A stretch of 20,677 nucleotides of DNA from an uncultured Phycisphaerales bacterium (GCA_938084645.1 CALKEP010000064.1:1-20677), one strand, 5' to 3'; counted from the first letter of the stretch, positions 7,836 to 17,500 are shown. The notes: generated by a model from the letters alone, not told the origin. Translations and numbers: made by a program.

Positions 7836-8933
7836 TCAGGGCGTGGGCTGGATACAGGGTGCCCCGAGAAGGCCGCGCTCGAGAATCTCGGCGGCCAGGG
7901 TTTCGGCGACGAGACGGCAGCCGAGAGGCGTCCAGTGTCCATGTGACCGTTCCCAGTAGAGCATCTCACCATCCGCCTGATCGAAGCGTGGCAGAGGGGA
8001 GATGTACGGGTGATCTTCCGGATCGGCGGGAAAATACTCGACGAACTTCGAGCGAGTGCTTCGGACCGGGATGGAGAGAATCTGAAAATGCGCTCCGGAT
8101 GACTCCACGACATCCCTCATACGATCGAGGATGGCGAGTGTGAGTTGTCCCTTCGAGGTGCTGTCCGAAGATGGCGAAGAGGTCGTGTCGCTATTCGAAG
8201 CGACCTCCTGCTTCGCGGGCTTCCATGACCGGATCGTCGCGAGGATGGCCTTGGCCCTGCTGCCGGCAGCATCACGCGTCAGATTGAAGAGATGACTCTC
8301 GCCGGCGAGCCAGCGATAGGCGGCGAAGGAGAAGAGGAACTCTCGGATCTCGACCGCGGGAAGATAGGTGTCCCTGTGCCGTGCGAGTGCACCATCCTCC
8401 AAGCGGAAGAGTCCCGAACGAACGTCATCCATGAGATCCGTGGATGTGTAGTACTGAATCACGAGGTCGGGCTTGTATTGCATCGCCTCGGACTCAAGGA
8501 CGACCAACTGTTCCGCCGGGCCGAATCCAGAGACGGCGAAATTCAGGATCTCCACTTCGCAGTGCAGCTCGGACTCCAGCATCGACTCGAGGATGGACAA
8601 GGACGTCTCCTCGAGATTCACGCCGTAGCCCATGGCAAAAGAGTCTCCGAGGACGGCGATGCGCCGCGTGCCATCCGGCTTCTTCACCGGAAACTCAACG
8701 TCTGCTCGCATTCCCTTGGAATTGGTTCGCAATTCGACGGTGTATTCGGGGGTCTGATGTCGATACGTACGATTGGGCATGTTGGCTCGCACGCCGTGGG
8801 GGCCTGCTTCGACGTATCGGGGAAGCATGGGTACGGGCGAAAGGAACCTCAGGAAGAGCTCCGCGCCGATCGGCACCCAGATCGATCCGAGGATGAATCG
8901 CTTCCACCATGTCGGCTGTCTAAGAAAGTGCAT
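7836..8933 (-). CDS. Membrane-anchored SGNH/GDSL-fold protein, probable O-acyltransferase partner of the MBOAT
   Basis: N-terminal TM ending in AELFLR; TNSKGMR; RIAVLGDSF (block I); LNFAVSGFG (block II); GHW (block V); starts 8 nt after the MBOAT stop. Confidence 0.85.
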   Translation of the reverse strand: MHFLRQPTWWKRFILGSIWVPIGAELFLRFLSPVPMLPRYVEAGPHGVRANMPNRTYRHQTPEYTVELRTNSKGMRADVEFPVKKPDGTRRIAVLGDSFAMGYGVNLEETSLSILESMLESELHCEVEILNFAVSGFGPAEQLVVLESEAMQYKPDLVIQYYTSTDLMDDVRSGLFRLEDGALARHRDTYLPAVEIREFLFSFAAYRWLAGESHLFNLTRDAAGSRAKAILATIRSWKPAKQEVASNSDTTSSPSSDSTSKGQLTLAILDRMRDVVESSGAHFQILSIPVRSTRSKFVEYFPADPEDHPYISPLPRFDQADGEMLYWERSHGHWTPLGCRLVAETLAAEILERGLLGAPCIQPTP

Positions 8934-8941
8934 GGTGATTC

Positions 8942-10573
8942 CTAGAAGGCGAAGTAGAGAAACTCCTGGCCGCTACGCGCGGACATGGCGAGAAGTGACA
9001 TGCAGACGAACAGCCACACGTTCAGTCGCACGAACCAATGCCAACGGTGAAGTGGATCCTGGGTTCTGGTGAGGCCTTGTGCGATCTGGAAGAGGATCAG
9101 GAACCAGCCGTACTTGACCACGATCATGAAGTCGACCCACGTGGTCGCTGATGCGACGGGGTGGAGGATGATTCCCTCCAGGAAGGCCACGATCGTTCCG
9201 ACGTTCTGGGCCCGGAAGAGGAGCCAGCCGATGCAGGTGAGGTGGAACATCAGGACGCCGAGGAGCAGGATCGTGAATCGGGAGTATCTCCCGTCCTCGG
9301 TGCGAATTCCCAACGCGCGGTAGATCGACAAGAGCGCGCCGTGATATGCGCCCCAGATCACGAAGTTCCACGCGGCGCCGTGCCAGAGCCCTCCGAGAAG
9401 CATCGTCACGGTGAGGTTACGGTAGGTCTTCCACGATCCACCGCGATTTCCGCCGAGCGGTATGTAGAGATAGTCCCTCAGCCAAGAAGAGAGGCTGATG
9501 TGCCATCGATTCCAGAAATCGGAGGGGCTGGTCGCGAAGTAGGGGAGATTGAAGTTCCGCATCAGATCGAACCCCAGGATCTTCGATATTCCGCGGGCAA
9601 TGTCCGTGTATCCCGAGAAGTCTCCATAGATCTGGAGTGCAAATGCGTACAACGCGACGAGGAGCGTCAGACCATCGGGGGGAAGCGTGTAGTCACCCCC
9701 GTCATAGGGACCGAAGGTGGCGTTGACCACAACGGCCATGTTGTCCGCAACGACGAGTTTCTTGAAGAAGCCCCAGGTGATCAGCCAGAGGCCACGTCTG
9801 AATCGATGGAGGTCGAGTCCCGGCCGCTCCGAAGCAAACTGCGGAAGAAGCTGTGAAGCCCTTTCGATCGGTCCGGCCACGAGTTGCGGGAAGAATGCGA
9901 CGTATGCCGCGACATCGATGAATCTATCGTTCGCTTTCGTTCTTCCGCGATAGACATCGATCGCGTAGCTCATCGTCTGAAAGGTGTAGAACGAGATGCC
10001 CACCGGAAGCACGAATCCGAGAGTCCAATCGCTCGGAGTCGTCCCGAGGGCGGATTCCACCATTCCCGAGAGGCTGGAGGCGAAGAAGTCGAAGTACTTG
10101 AAGGTTGCGAGGATGCCCAGATTGCCGGCCACGCTGAGCCAGAGGCAGACCTTTCTTCGCCGCGTTTCCGACATTCTCCTGATCGGTGCGTAGATGAGGT
10201 TGGCGATGATCACCACGGCAACGCAGAGTGAGACGATCCAGGCCGCTTGGGCATCTGCGAAGAGAACGGGACTCGCGATCCCACCGGACCAATCAACGCC
10301 GATCAGCAGGAAGGCGCCGGCGAGTACGAAGCCGGACGCGAGCCCTCTCAGTCTCCCGGATACGAGACCGCGCTCGATCATGATCGCGGACATGAAGTCC
10401 AGCGCAGTGGAGATGATGATCAGCTGCAGAAAGCGGACGTCCCACCAGCCGTAGAAAACGTAGCTGGCAGCGACGATGAGAAGATTCTGCGCCCGAAAAC
10501 GCTTTTTCAGCGGGAAGTAGAGGCCGCAGAAGAGAAGGATGAAGACTATGAATTCGGGTGAGTTGAAGAGCAT
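8942..10573 (-). CDS. MBOAT family O-acyltransferase (AlgI/PatA/DltB-like)
   Basis: MLFNS, SYVFYGWWD, NLGILATFKY, LPVGISFYTFQ, FFPQLVAGPIER, YGDFSGYTD, FWNRWHISLSSWLRDYLYIPLGG, catalytic LWHGA, C-terminal FLYFAF. Confidence 0.96.
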   Translation of the reverse strand: MLFNSPEFIVFILLFCGLYFPLKKRFRAQNLLIVAASYVFYGWWDVRFLQLIIISTALDFMSAIMIERGLVSGRLRGLASGFVLAGAFLLIGVDWSGGIASPVLFADAQAAWIVSLCVAVVIIANLIYAPIRRMSETRRRKVCLWLSVAGNLGILATFKYFDFFASSLSGMVESALGTTPSDWTLGFVLPVGISFYTFQTMSYAIDVYRGRTKANDRFIDVAAYVAFFPQLVAGPIERASQLLPQFASERPGLDLHRFRRGLWLITWGFFKKLVVADNMAVVVNATFGPYDGGDYTLPPDGLTLLVALYAFALQIYGDFSGYTDIARGISKILGFDLMRNFNLPYFATSPSDFWNRWHISLSSWLRDYLYIPLGGNRGGSWKTYRNLTVTMLLGGLWHGAAWNFVIWGAYHGALLSIYRALGIRTEDGRYSRFTILLLGVLMFHLTCIGWLLFRAQNVGTIVAFLEGIILHPVASATTWVDFMIVVKYGWFLILFQIAQGLTRTQDPLHRWHWFVRLNVWLFVCMSLLAMSARSGQEFLYFAF

Positions 10574-11313
10574 CAGTCTGAATCCGACCCCTCATTGGAA
10601 TCGAGTGATTCGAGCAGCAACTTGCGAAGAACTTTCTGCCCTGCCGCATTGAGATGGAGCGCGTCGGACGAAAGCGATTCTCGAACCAGGCCCTTTTCGT
10701 CCAGAAGGGGATCGGCATTGGCAATATCTGCGCCTTTCTCCTCTGCGACTGCTCGAAGAAGCTGATTCGCGTCTCTCACATACCCGTCGAGGTTCGACGG
10801 CAATGCGAAGCCGCGAAGCGTTGGCTTGCTCGAGGCTCCCCAGATAGGACAGACCGTCACGGGAATGCCCATCGCATCGCCGATCAGCAGCATTTCCTCG
10901 AATGAACGCACGATGGCTGCCATTTCTTCGGAGGATAGCTCGCCCTGCTTGAGATCGTTCACCCCTGCAATGACGATGACGTGATCGGGTCGCGAGACGG
11001 CCATGTCCCTCCCGATTCGCGCGAGGACTTCAATGGTGGTCTGGCCTGGAACACCCCGATTGACGACCGCAAAATCGCCGAGCGGAGCTTCGCCCAGCTG
11101 GGCGGCTCTCGAGTCTCCAGTGATGAGAACGAGCGGCTTGTTCGAGATTCTCGTATGGCTCGTTCGATTCTCAAGTCCGGCGGTGGATTGTCGAAGCCGC
11201 TGTTCCCGCGCGAGTACCTCTTGCAGCGACTGGAAGAGAATCAGGCAGCCCGCGGCCGCGCCGGCCGCGATGAGCCACCCGAGCATCGCGAATATTCGAA
11301 TCTTGCCTTTCAA
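10573..11313 (-). CDS. SGNH/GDSL hydrolase with N-terminal membrane anchor
   Basis: Complete blocks GDSR, NRGVPG, GVND, DALH; TTG start with AGGAGG 10 nt upstream; TGATG overlap with the MBOAT start. Confidence 0.88.
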   Translation of the reverse strand: MKGKIRIFAMLGWLIAAGAAAGCLILFQSLQEVLAREQRLRQSTAGLENRTSHTRISNKPLVLITGDSRAAQLGEAPLGDFAVVNRGVPGQTTIEVLARIGRDMAVSRPDHVIVIAGVNDLKQGELSSEEMAAIVRSFEEMLLIGDAMGIPVTVCPIWGASSKPTLRGFALPSNLDGYVRDANQLLRAVAEEKGADIANADPLLDEKGLVRESLSSDALHLNAAGQKVLRKLLLESLDSNEGSDSD

Positions 11314-11461
11314 TCGAGGTCAACCTCCTGCAATTCGTCATTGTTGTCACGCCCGCCGGCTCATCTCCGTGCTCTACGCTTCAGAGAAATGCGAGGAATC
11401 GCCGTACAGATTCGGTCCCGCGCTCCGCAGCCAAGTCACTCACGCTGAATGTCCTACTCGA

Positions 11462-12940
11462 CTAGTCAGATTGCTCTCGCTCGCCGGTGAATGCCTGATC
11501 ATTACAAGATGTCTGGTCCCGCAAGCGGATTCGACCGCGGCGAGCGAATTGGAAACACAGCGCGACCGGGCCGAGTATCAGGATATAGGTGACAACGAGA
11601 ATCGAGACCCTTGCGAGATCATCGAGATCGGACGTCAACCTGCCGATCTCTCCGAAGGTGAACGTCGCAATCACAACGAGTGCGAGACTGACCAGGATCA
11701 TCCAACTGTGGCGAATCGCCGTTGCTTGAAGCCAGAGAACCGCGGCCAACGTGGATATCAACTCGCCAATGTAGACAGACCAGGCGAGTCCGACTACTCC
11801 GTACCCCTTGCTCAAGAGAACCAGCGAAATCGGAATGGAGATCAGTCGAAAGGTGTTTCCTACGGCGGTAACCGACGTTCTTCCGACGGCGATGCTGGAT
11901 TCGTACGCCGCAGTTCTGAGCATCTGGACCCCCATCGCGGAGATGAGCAGTGGGGCGACTGATGCGCCGAGCGAGTACTGCTCGCCGAGCAGTATCAGAA
12001 ACACCGAATCACCAGCCATTCGCCCGCCAGTGACAATCAGGGTTGCGAGAGCACATGATCCCATCACGGCAAAGGCAAAGTTTCGGCGAAACAGCGTCCT
12101 GTCTTCACGGGCCTGTGACAACCGCGGAATGAACACCGATTGCATGACTGTCACGAAGAGGCCCCGGGGGAGCAGGACCATTCCCGCCACCGTGCCGTAG
12201 GAACCGATCTCCGCGTCTGTGAACACGGGAATCGACTCATACCGTTCACCCAAGAACATCACGAACTTGTCGGACTGTGAGTTGGCCCAGAACATCAGTC
12301 CCGCGGGCAGAAGAGGCAAGCCGAATCGAACGATTTCCCCGGCGTGTTTGCGGTGGAGTCGAAGCCGGAAGCGTCTGGCGGCAACGAGGTGGCTTCCAAT
12401 GACTCTGAAGATGCTCGTTCCGATGCTGACAAACACAACCACCCAGATGCTCTGCATGATCGCCATGGCGATCAACGCGACGATGATGCTTCCAACAGGG
12501 CCTGCGAGTTGAAACAGGGCGAGGCTCTTGAATGAACCATCTCGGAGCTTTCTCCAGGGGTCGAGATGTGTGAAGCCTTCGATGAAAGGGCACGCCGCGA
12601 TCGCATAGAGAGGAAGTTTCAGTTCGGGCTGTTTGAGATACTCAAGCGCGAAGGTGCCGACCACGCACAACAAGACGGAGGTGATTGCGCCTCGAAGCAC
12701 CGCCACCCCTTGCAGCGAACTCTGGAAGGCATCGAGATCCTCTCGTCGGCTCTGCACCAGTTGCCAGGTGGCGTTCACGGCGAGCACAGAGACGAAAAAA
12801 CCTGAAATGAGGCCGATCGCCACCGCTTGGCCCTGGATCTCCGTACCAAGGACCCGCGCGATCATCTGTACACGGATCAGCCCCATCACCTGCCCGACCA
12901 CAAGCGTGAGAGATAGGAATGCTGGTCCGCGGAGTTTCAT
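11462..12940 (-). CDS. Oligosaccharide/polysaccharide flippase (Wzx/PST, MOP superfamily)
   Basis: Multi-pass hydrophobic protein of 492 aa; IARVLG near the N-terminus, 'IVRFGLPL', 'SQSDKFV', 'IGSYG', 'VFIPRLS', 'LLGEQY', 'YGVVGLAWS'. Confidence 0.85.
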   Translation of the reverse strand: MKLRGPAFLSLTLVVGQVMGLIRVQMIARVLGTEIQGQAVAIGLISGFFVSVLAVNATWQLVQSRREDLDAFQSSLQGVAVLRGAITSVLLCVVGTFALEYLKQPELKLPLYAIAACPFIEGFTHLDPWRKLRDGSFKSLALFQLAGPVGSIIVALIAMAIMQSIWVVVFVSIGTSIFRVIGSHLVAARRFRLRLHRKHAGEIVRFGLPLLPAGLMFWANSQSDKFVMFLGERYESIPVFTDAEIGSYGTVAGMVLLPRGLFVTVMQSVFIPRLSQAREDRTLFRRNFAFAVMGSCALATLIVTGGRMAGDSVFLILLGEQYSLGASVAPLLISAMGVQMLRTAAYESSIAVGRTSVTAVGNTFRLISIPISLVLLSKGYGVVGLAWSVYIGELISTLAAVLWLQATAIRHSWMILVSLALVVIATFTFGEIGRLTSDLDDLARVSILVVTYILILGPVALCFQFARRGRIRLRDQTSCNDQAFTGEREQSD

Positions 12941-12946
12941 CTAGGC

Positions 12947-12975
12947 AATCTATCGGCGAACCATTGGCCGGTCAT
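12947..12975 (-). promoter_or_regulatory. Candidate sigma70 promoter giving a leaderless flippase mRNA
   Basis: Minus strand reads ATGACC (12975-12970), 17 bp, TAGATT (12952-12947), 6 nt, ATG 12940; no Shine-Dalgarno. Confidence 0.5.
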
Positions 12976-13054
12976 CATTCTTCCCAGCGACTCGGGTTAG
13001 ATGGCGGAGTGCGGGAATCGATGGAACCACGGCCTCTGGGCTTCGGGTTGATGG

Positions 13055-14542
13055 CTACGCGATGATCTGACGAATCGGCTCGGCGCCCTCGACCCCGACG
13101 AGCTTCTTGTCGAGGCCCGCGTGGAAGTACGAGAGTGCGTTCGGATCGAATCCAAGTTGGTTCAGGATCGTCGCGTGGAGATTCTTCACGTGGAAGCGAT
13201 CCTCGACCGCGGCGGATCCGAGTTCGTCGGTCTGTCCGACGCTCACACCGCCCTTGATGCCGCCGCCCGCCATCCACATCGTGAATCCCGCGGAGCAGTG
13301 GTCGCGGCCGGTGCCCTCGGCGTATTCGGCCACGGGCTGGCGTCCGAACTCCCCGCCCCAGACCACGAGCGTCTCGTCGAGCATGCCGCGCTGCTTGAGG
13401 TCCTTGAGCAGTCCGGCGATGGGAAGATCGGTCGCGCCGGCGTGCTTGGTGTGGTTGAAGACGAGATCGCCGTGAGCGTCCCAGTTCGCGTCGTTGTGGT
13501 TGCCGCCCGAATAGACCTGGATGAAGCGGACGCCCCGCTCGGCGAGACGGCGGGCCAGGAGGCACTTGCGGCCGAACTCCCGGGTGCGGTCGTCGTCGAG
13601 GCCGTAGAGCTCGCGCATCTTCGTGGGTTCGGTCGACAGATCGACCGCTTCCGGCGCGGAGGACTGCATGCGGTAGGCGAGTTCATAGCTCGCGATCCGG
13701 CTCTGGAGGTCGGGATTGCCCGGATTCCGTTCGGCGTGGGCGCGGTTGAGTCGTTCGAGCCGGTCGAGGAGTCGCCGTTGCACGGATCCCCGTCGCGCCG
13801 CGTGCGGTTCGAGATCGAGGATGGGCTCGCCCTTCGGCCGGAGCACCGTGCCCGCGTAGCTCGCGGGCATGTAGCCGCTCGACCAGTTCTTCGCGCCGGA
13901 GATCGGTCCGCCGGTGTGGTCGAGCATCACCACGAAGCCGGGGAGGTTCTCGTTGACGCTGCCGAGCCCGTAATTCGCCCAGGATCCGATGGCGGGCGAA
14001 CCGGACAGGATCTGGCCGGAGTTCATCATGAGCATCGCGGATCCATGCAGCGGGCTCTCCGCGTACATGCTCTTGATGAAGGCGATGTCGTCGACACAGG
14101 TGGCGACGTTGGGGAACAGTTCGCTGACCCAGGCGCCGCTCTCGCCATGCTGCTTGAAGTTCCACTTCGGGCCGACGACCCGACCCTGGTTCCGTTCACC
14201 GCCGCGGCCCTTGACCTTGACGTCGATGGTCTTTCCGTCGAGCCCGTAGAGCTTGGGTTTGTAGTCGAAGGTGTCGACCTGGCTCGGCCCGCCGTACATG
14301 AACAGGAAGATCACCGTCTTCGCCTTCGGTGCGAAGTGGGGGCGTTGCGGCGCGAGTGGATTCCCCGTTGCGTCGAACGGCGTCGTGCCGTCGGCGGCCC
14401 GGGCCTGCTTCGCCAGAAAACCGTCGCCGGCCAGCATGCTCGCGAGGGCGACCCCGGTGAAGCCACCGCCCGCCTCCCAGAGAAACTCGCGGCGGGTTCG
14501 ACCGCAGAAGGTCCCGTGTTCGCGTTCGGAGTTCGTGGGCAT
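13055..14542 (-). CDS. DUF1501 domain protein (sulfatase-like fold), Tat-exported
   Basis: Start at ATG 14542 (MPTNSERE...), Tat motif TRREFL, PHFAPKAKTVIFLFMYGGPSQVDTFDYKP, YELAYRMQ, LLARRLAERGVRF, WDAH, EFGRQP, GRDH, HATIL..LG. The upstream part of the 851-aa ORF call overlaps the adjacent gene and is spurious. Confidence 0.93.
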   Translation of the reverse strand: MPTNSEREHGTFCGRTRREFLWEAGGGFTGVALASMLAGDGFLAKQARAADGTTPFDATGNPLAPQRPHFAPKAKTVIFLFMYGGPSQVDTFDYKPKLYGLDGKTIDVKVKGRGGERNQGRVVGPKWNFKQHGESGAWVSELFPNVATCVDDIAFIKSMYAESPLHGSAMLMMNSGQILSGSPAIGSWANYGLGSVNENLPGFVVMLDHTGGPISGAKNWSSGYMPASYAGTVLRPKGEPILDLEPHAARRGSVQRRLLDRLERLNRAHAERNPGNPDLQSRIASYELAYRMQSSAPEAVDLSTEPTKMRELYGLDDDRTREFGRKCLLARRLAERGVRFIQVYSGGNHNDANWDAHGDLVFNHTKHAGATDLPIAGLLKDLKQRGMLDETLVVWGGEFGRQPVAEYAEGTGRDHCSAGFTMWMAGGGIKGGVSVGQTDELGSAAVEDRFHVKNLHATILNQLGFDPNALSYFHAGLDKKLVGVEGAEPIRQIIA

Positions 14543-14577
14543 GGGCAAGGATCCGATGAGGGCGGGCGGGTGAATCG

Positions 14578-17500
14578 TCAGCCGACGTGAAGGAATTCGT
14601 TGAGGTTGAGCATGAGGACGCACAGCGCCTTGAACGCCTGGCCTTCGGAGAGCCCCTCGATTTCGAGGAGTTCGGCGTGCAACTCCAGCATCTCGGTGAT
14701 TTCGGTGGGTTCGGGTGGCCGACAGAGGACCAGTTCGAGACCGTGCCGGACTCGCGCCTCGAGGCCCGCGGGGTTCTCCGCGACGAGCCGGGAGGCGAAG
14801 AGGTCGGCTTGCTGGTCGATGAAGTCCGAGTTCATCATCATCAGCGACTGCGTGGGAACCGTGGTCGCGAACCGGATCGAGCACGGGCGGTCGGTGTCCG
14901 GTTGATCGAACCCTTCGAGCAACGGATGCCGAAGTGATCGCTTCAGGAAGACGTAGAGACTTCGGCGACCCGCCTGCTCCGGCGTCGCGGAACCCCACGC
15001 CGCGTCGGGGCGCGAGGCGGTCTCGAGGACCGCGCGAGGAAGCGGCGGATACACGCCCTTGCCGCCGAGCCGGGGATTGAGATTTCCCGAGACGGCGAGG
15101 ATGGAGTCGCGAATCTCCTCCGCAGCCAGCCGTCGAAGATCGAATCGCCAGAAGAGATCGTTGAGTGGATCTTGCTCGAACGCCACGGGGTCGAAGCGAC
15201 TCGACTGCCGATAGGTGCTCGACGTCAGAATCAACCTCGCCATCTGCCTTCGCGAGAGATCGCGATTCGCGAATTCGGTCGCGAGCCAGTCGAGCAGCTG
15301 CGGGTGGGTCGGCCGGGTGCCGAGGAAACCGAAGTCGTCGCTCGATCGGACGAGTCCCCGTCCGAAGAGATTTTGCCAGAGTTGATTGGCCGCGACTCGC
15401 CAGGTGACGCGATTGTCTTCTTCCACGAGCCACTCGGCGAACGCGAGTCGAAGTCCGCTGGATTCGCGATGTTCCGGGGGCGAGGGTTCGAAGTCGCGAC
15501 CGCCCAGGACCTTCGGGACGCCGGGGGAGACGACGCGGCCCGGGCTGTGGGCATCGCCGCGAATCAGGATGTTGGTCTGCGGCGGCACGGGGCCACGGGA
15601 TCTTGCGCACAACACCAGCGTCGGATTCGTCTGCGGTGGTTCGAGTCGGAGCAGTTCGTCGCGGAGGCCGGCGAATTCCCTCGCCGCCTCGGGACCGTTC
15701 ATCGTCCGGATCGACTGGACCATCGCGTCATCGAGGCGAAGATCTAGGGCGAGCCCGGCGATCTCGTCCGGCCGAAGCGGCCGATCGTGGATTCGGATCT
15801 CGTCCAGCGTGCCTGCGAATCCGCCTCCTCCGGGGTGGGCGCGCCCGACGGTGAGCTCGTCGATCGCATTCAGTGGCTGGCGTCCACCCTCGGCCGCATC
15901 GACCTCGATGCCGTCGACGTAGAGGACGAATCTGCCGGTCGAAGCATCACGAGTCAGGGCGACATGATGCCATTCGCCGTCGTTGAAGCCCGGGGCCGAG
16001 TGGATGAAGGTCTCCGGACGTCCGACCCCCGCGGAGATCACTCCCGGTCCGACCATGGCGATGCCGAAGTCGTTCACGATGCCGGGGACCTCGCCGTCGA
16101 TCAATCCCGAGCCGAGGAACCACCGAGGATCACTCGCGGAACCTCGGGCCTGCGCGGTCGTGCGGAGCCAGAAGCTGACGGTGAACGACTTGTTGGCGGA
16201 GTTCGGAATGGTCGCGCGGTCGTCACCACCGTCGAATCCGAGCGCGTTGCCCACTCGGCCCTCGCGACCGAGTCGTGCGTCGATGAGGCGGCCGGGATGG
16301 TTGCCCGTCGAGTCTCGAAGCTCGCCCTGTTCGGAATCATCCATGGGGTAGTGGGCGACGAGTCCGGCATCGCGCGGATCAGCGTCACTGGAGAGGACCA
16401 CGGTCTCGGCGTGGACCTGGAGTCTCTGGAGCGTGCTGGCGAATCTCGCTTCGTAGCGGTCATGGGCTTCGGCGAACTCCGCCTCGCCCTCCGCCCCGAA
16501 ATGTTCGGGCACCTGACGGGTCACGTTGTTCGCGTCGATCGCGTTCCCCATCCGCTCCTTGTAGGGCGCGAGATCGCGGAAGATCGCGGCCAGCCGGTAG
16601 TAGTCACCCTGGAGGATCGGATCACGCTTGTGTTCATGGCAACGGGCGCAGGCGACCGACATGCCCATCATTCCCCGGCCCACCACGTCGATGATGGAAT
16701 CGAGATCGTCGTTCTTCGCGAGCTCGACGTCGGTGGGCTCGTCGTCCCAGATGCCAAGCCGGTAGAAGCCGGTCGCGGTCAGGGTGGAGAGATCACGGTC
16801 CGGGAGTTCGTCGCCGGCGAGCTGCTCGACGAGGAATCGATTCCATGGAAGGTCCTCGTTGATCGCGTCGACGACCCAGTCCCGATATCGCCAGGCTTCG
16901 GGTTTGACGCGGTCTCGTTCGTAGCCGTCGGTGTCGGCGTAGCGAACCGCATCGAGCCAGTGCCGCGCCCACTTCACGCCGTGCTGTGGTGACTCGAGAA
17001 ATCGGTCCACCATCCGCTCGTAGGCCCCCGACGCCTCGTCGCCGATGAACGCCGCGATCTCGGCGGGGGTCGGCGGGAGGCCGGTGAGGTCAAGGGCGAC
17101 GCGGCGGACGAGGGTGTGTCGATCCGCTTCGGGCGCGGGAGCGAGATCCGCATCTTCGAGTCTGGCGAGAATGAAGGCATCGACGGGATTGCGAACCCAC
17201 GGCGCCCCATCGACGTCGGGGACTTCCGGGCGCACGAGCGGCTGCCACGCCCACCAGTCACCGCCCACGGGAATGTCGGTGTCCGCCTCGGCATCTGAAG
17301 GATCCGCACCGACGCCATCCGCCCAGGTCGCGCCCTCGAGAACCCATTCATTCAGGATCGCGATGTCGTGATCGGAGAGACGCCCCTTCGGAGGCATCCG
17401 GTAGTCCTCGTGCTCCCACGAGATCATTCGAAGCAGCAGGCTCGATTCGGGACTCGCCTCATCGAACGCCGGACCCCGGTCACCGCCTTCGACCATGCCG

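Noticed and set aside
12941..13054. Possible attR copy of the tRNA-Ala 3' end at the right edge of the low-GC islet
   Set aside because: No match to TTCGATCCCGATCGGCTCCA found by eye and no integrase present, so no mobile element is called.
14543..15610. Apparent 356-aa N-terminal extension of the DUF1501 ORF (possible fusion or frameshift)
   Set aside because: Arg/Pro-rich off-frame reading of the DUF1553 gene, which has its own stop at 14578; the Tat signal marks the real start at 14542.
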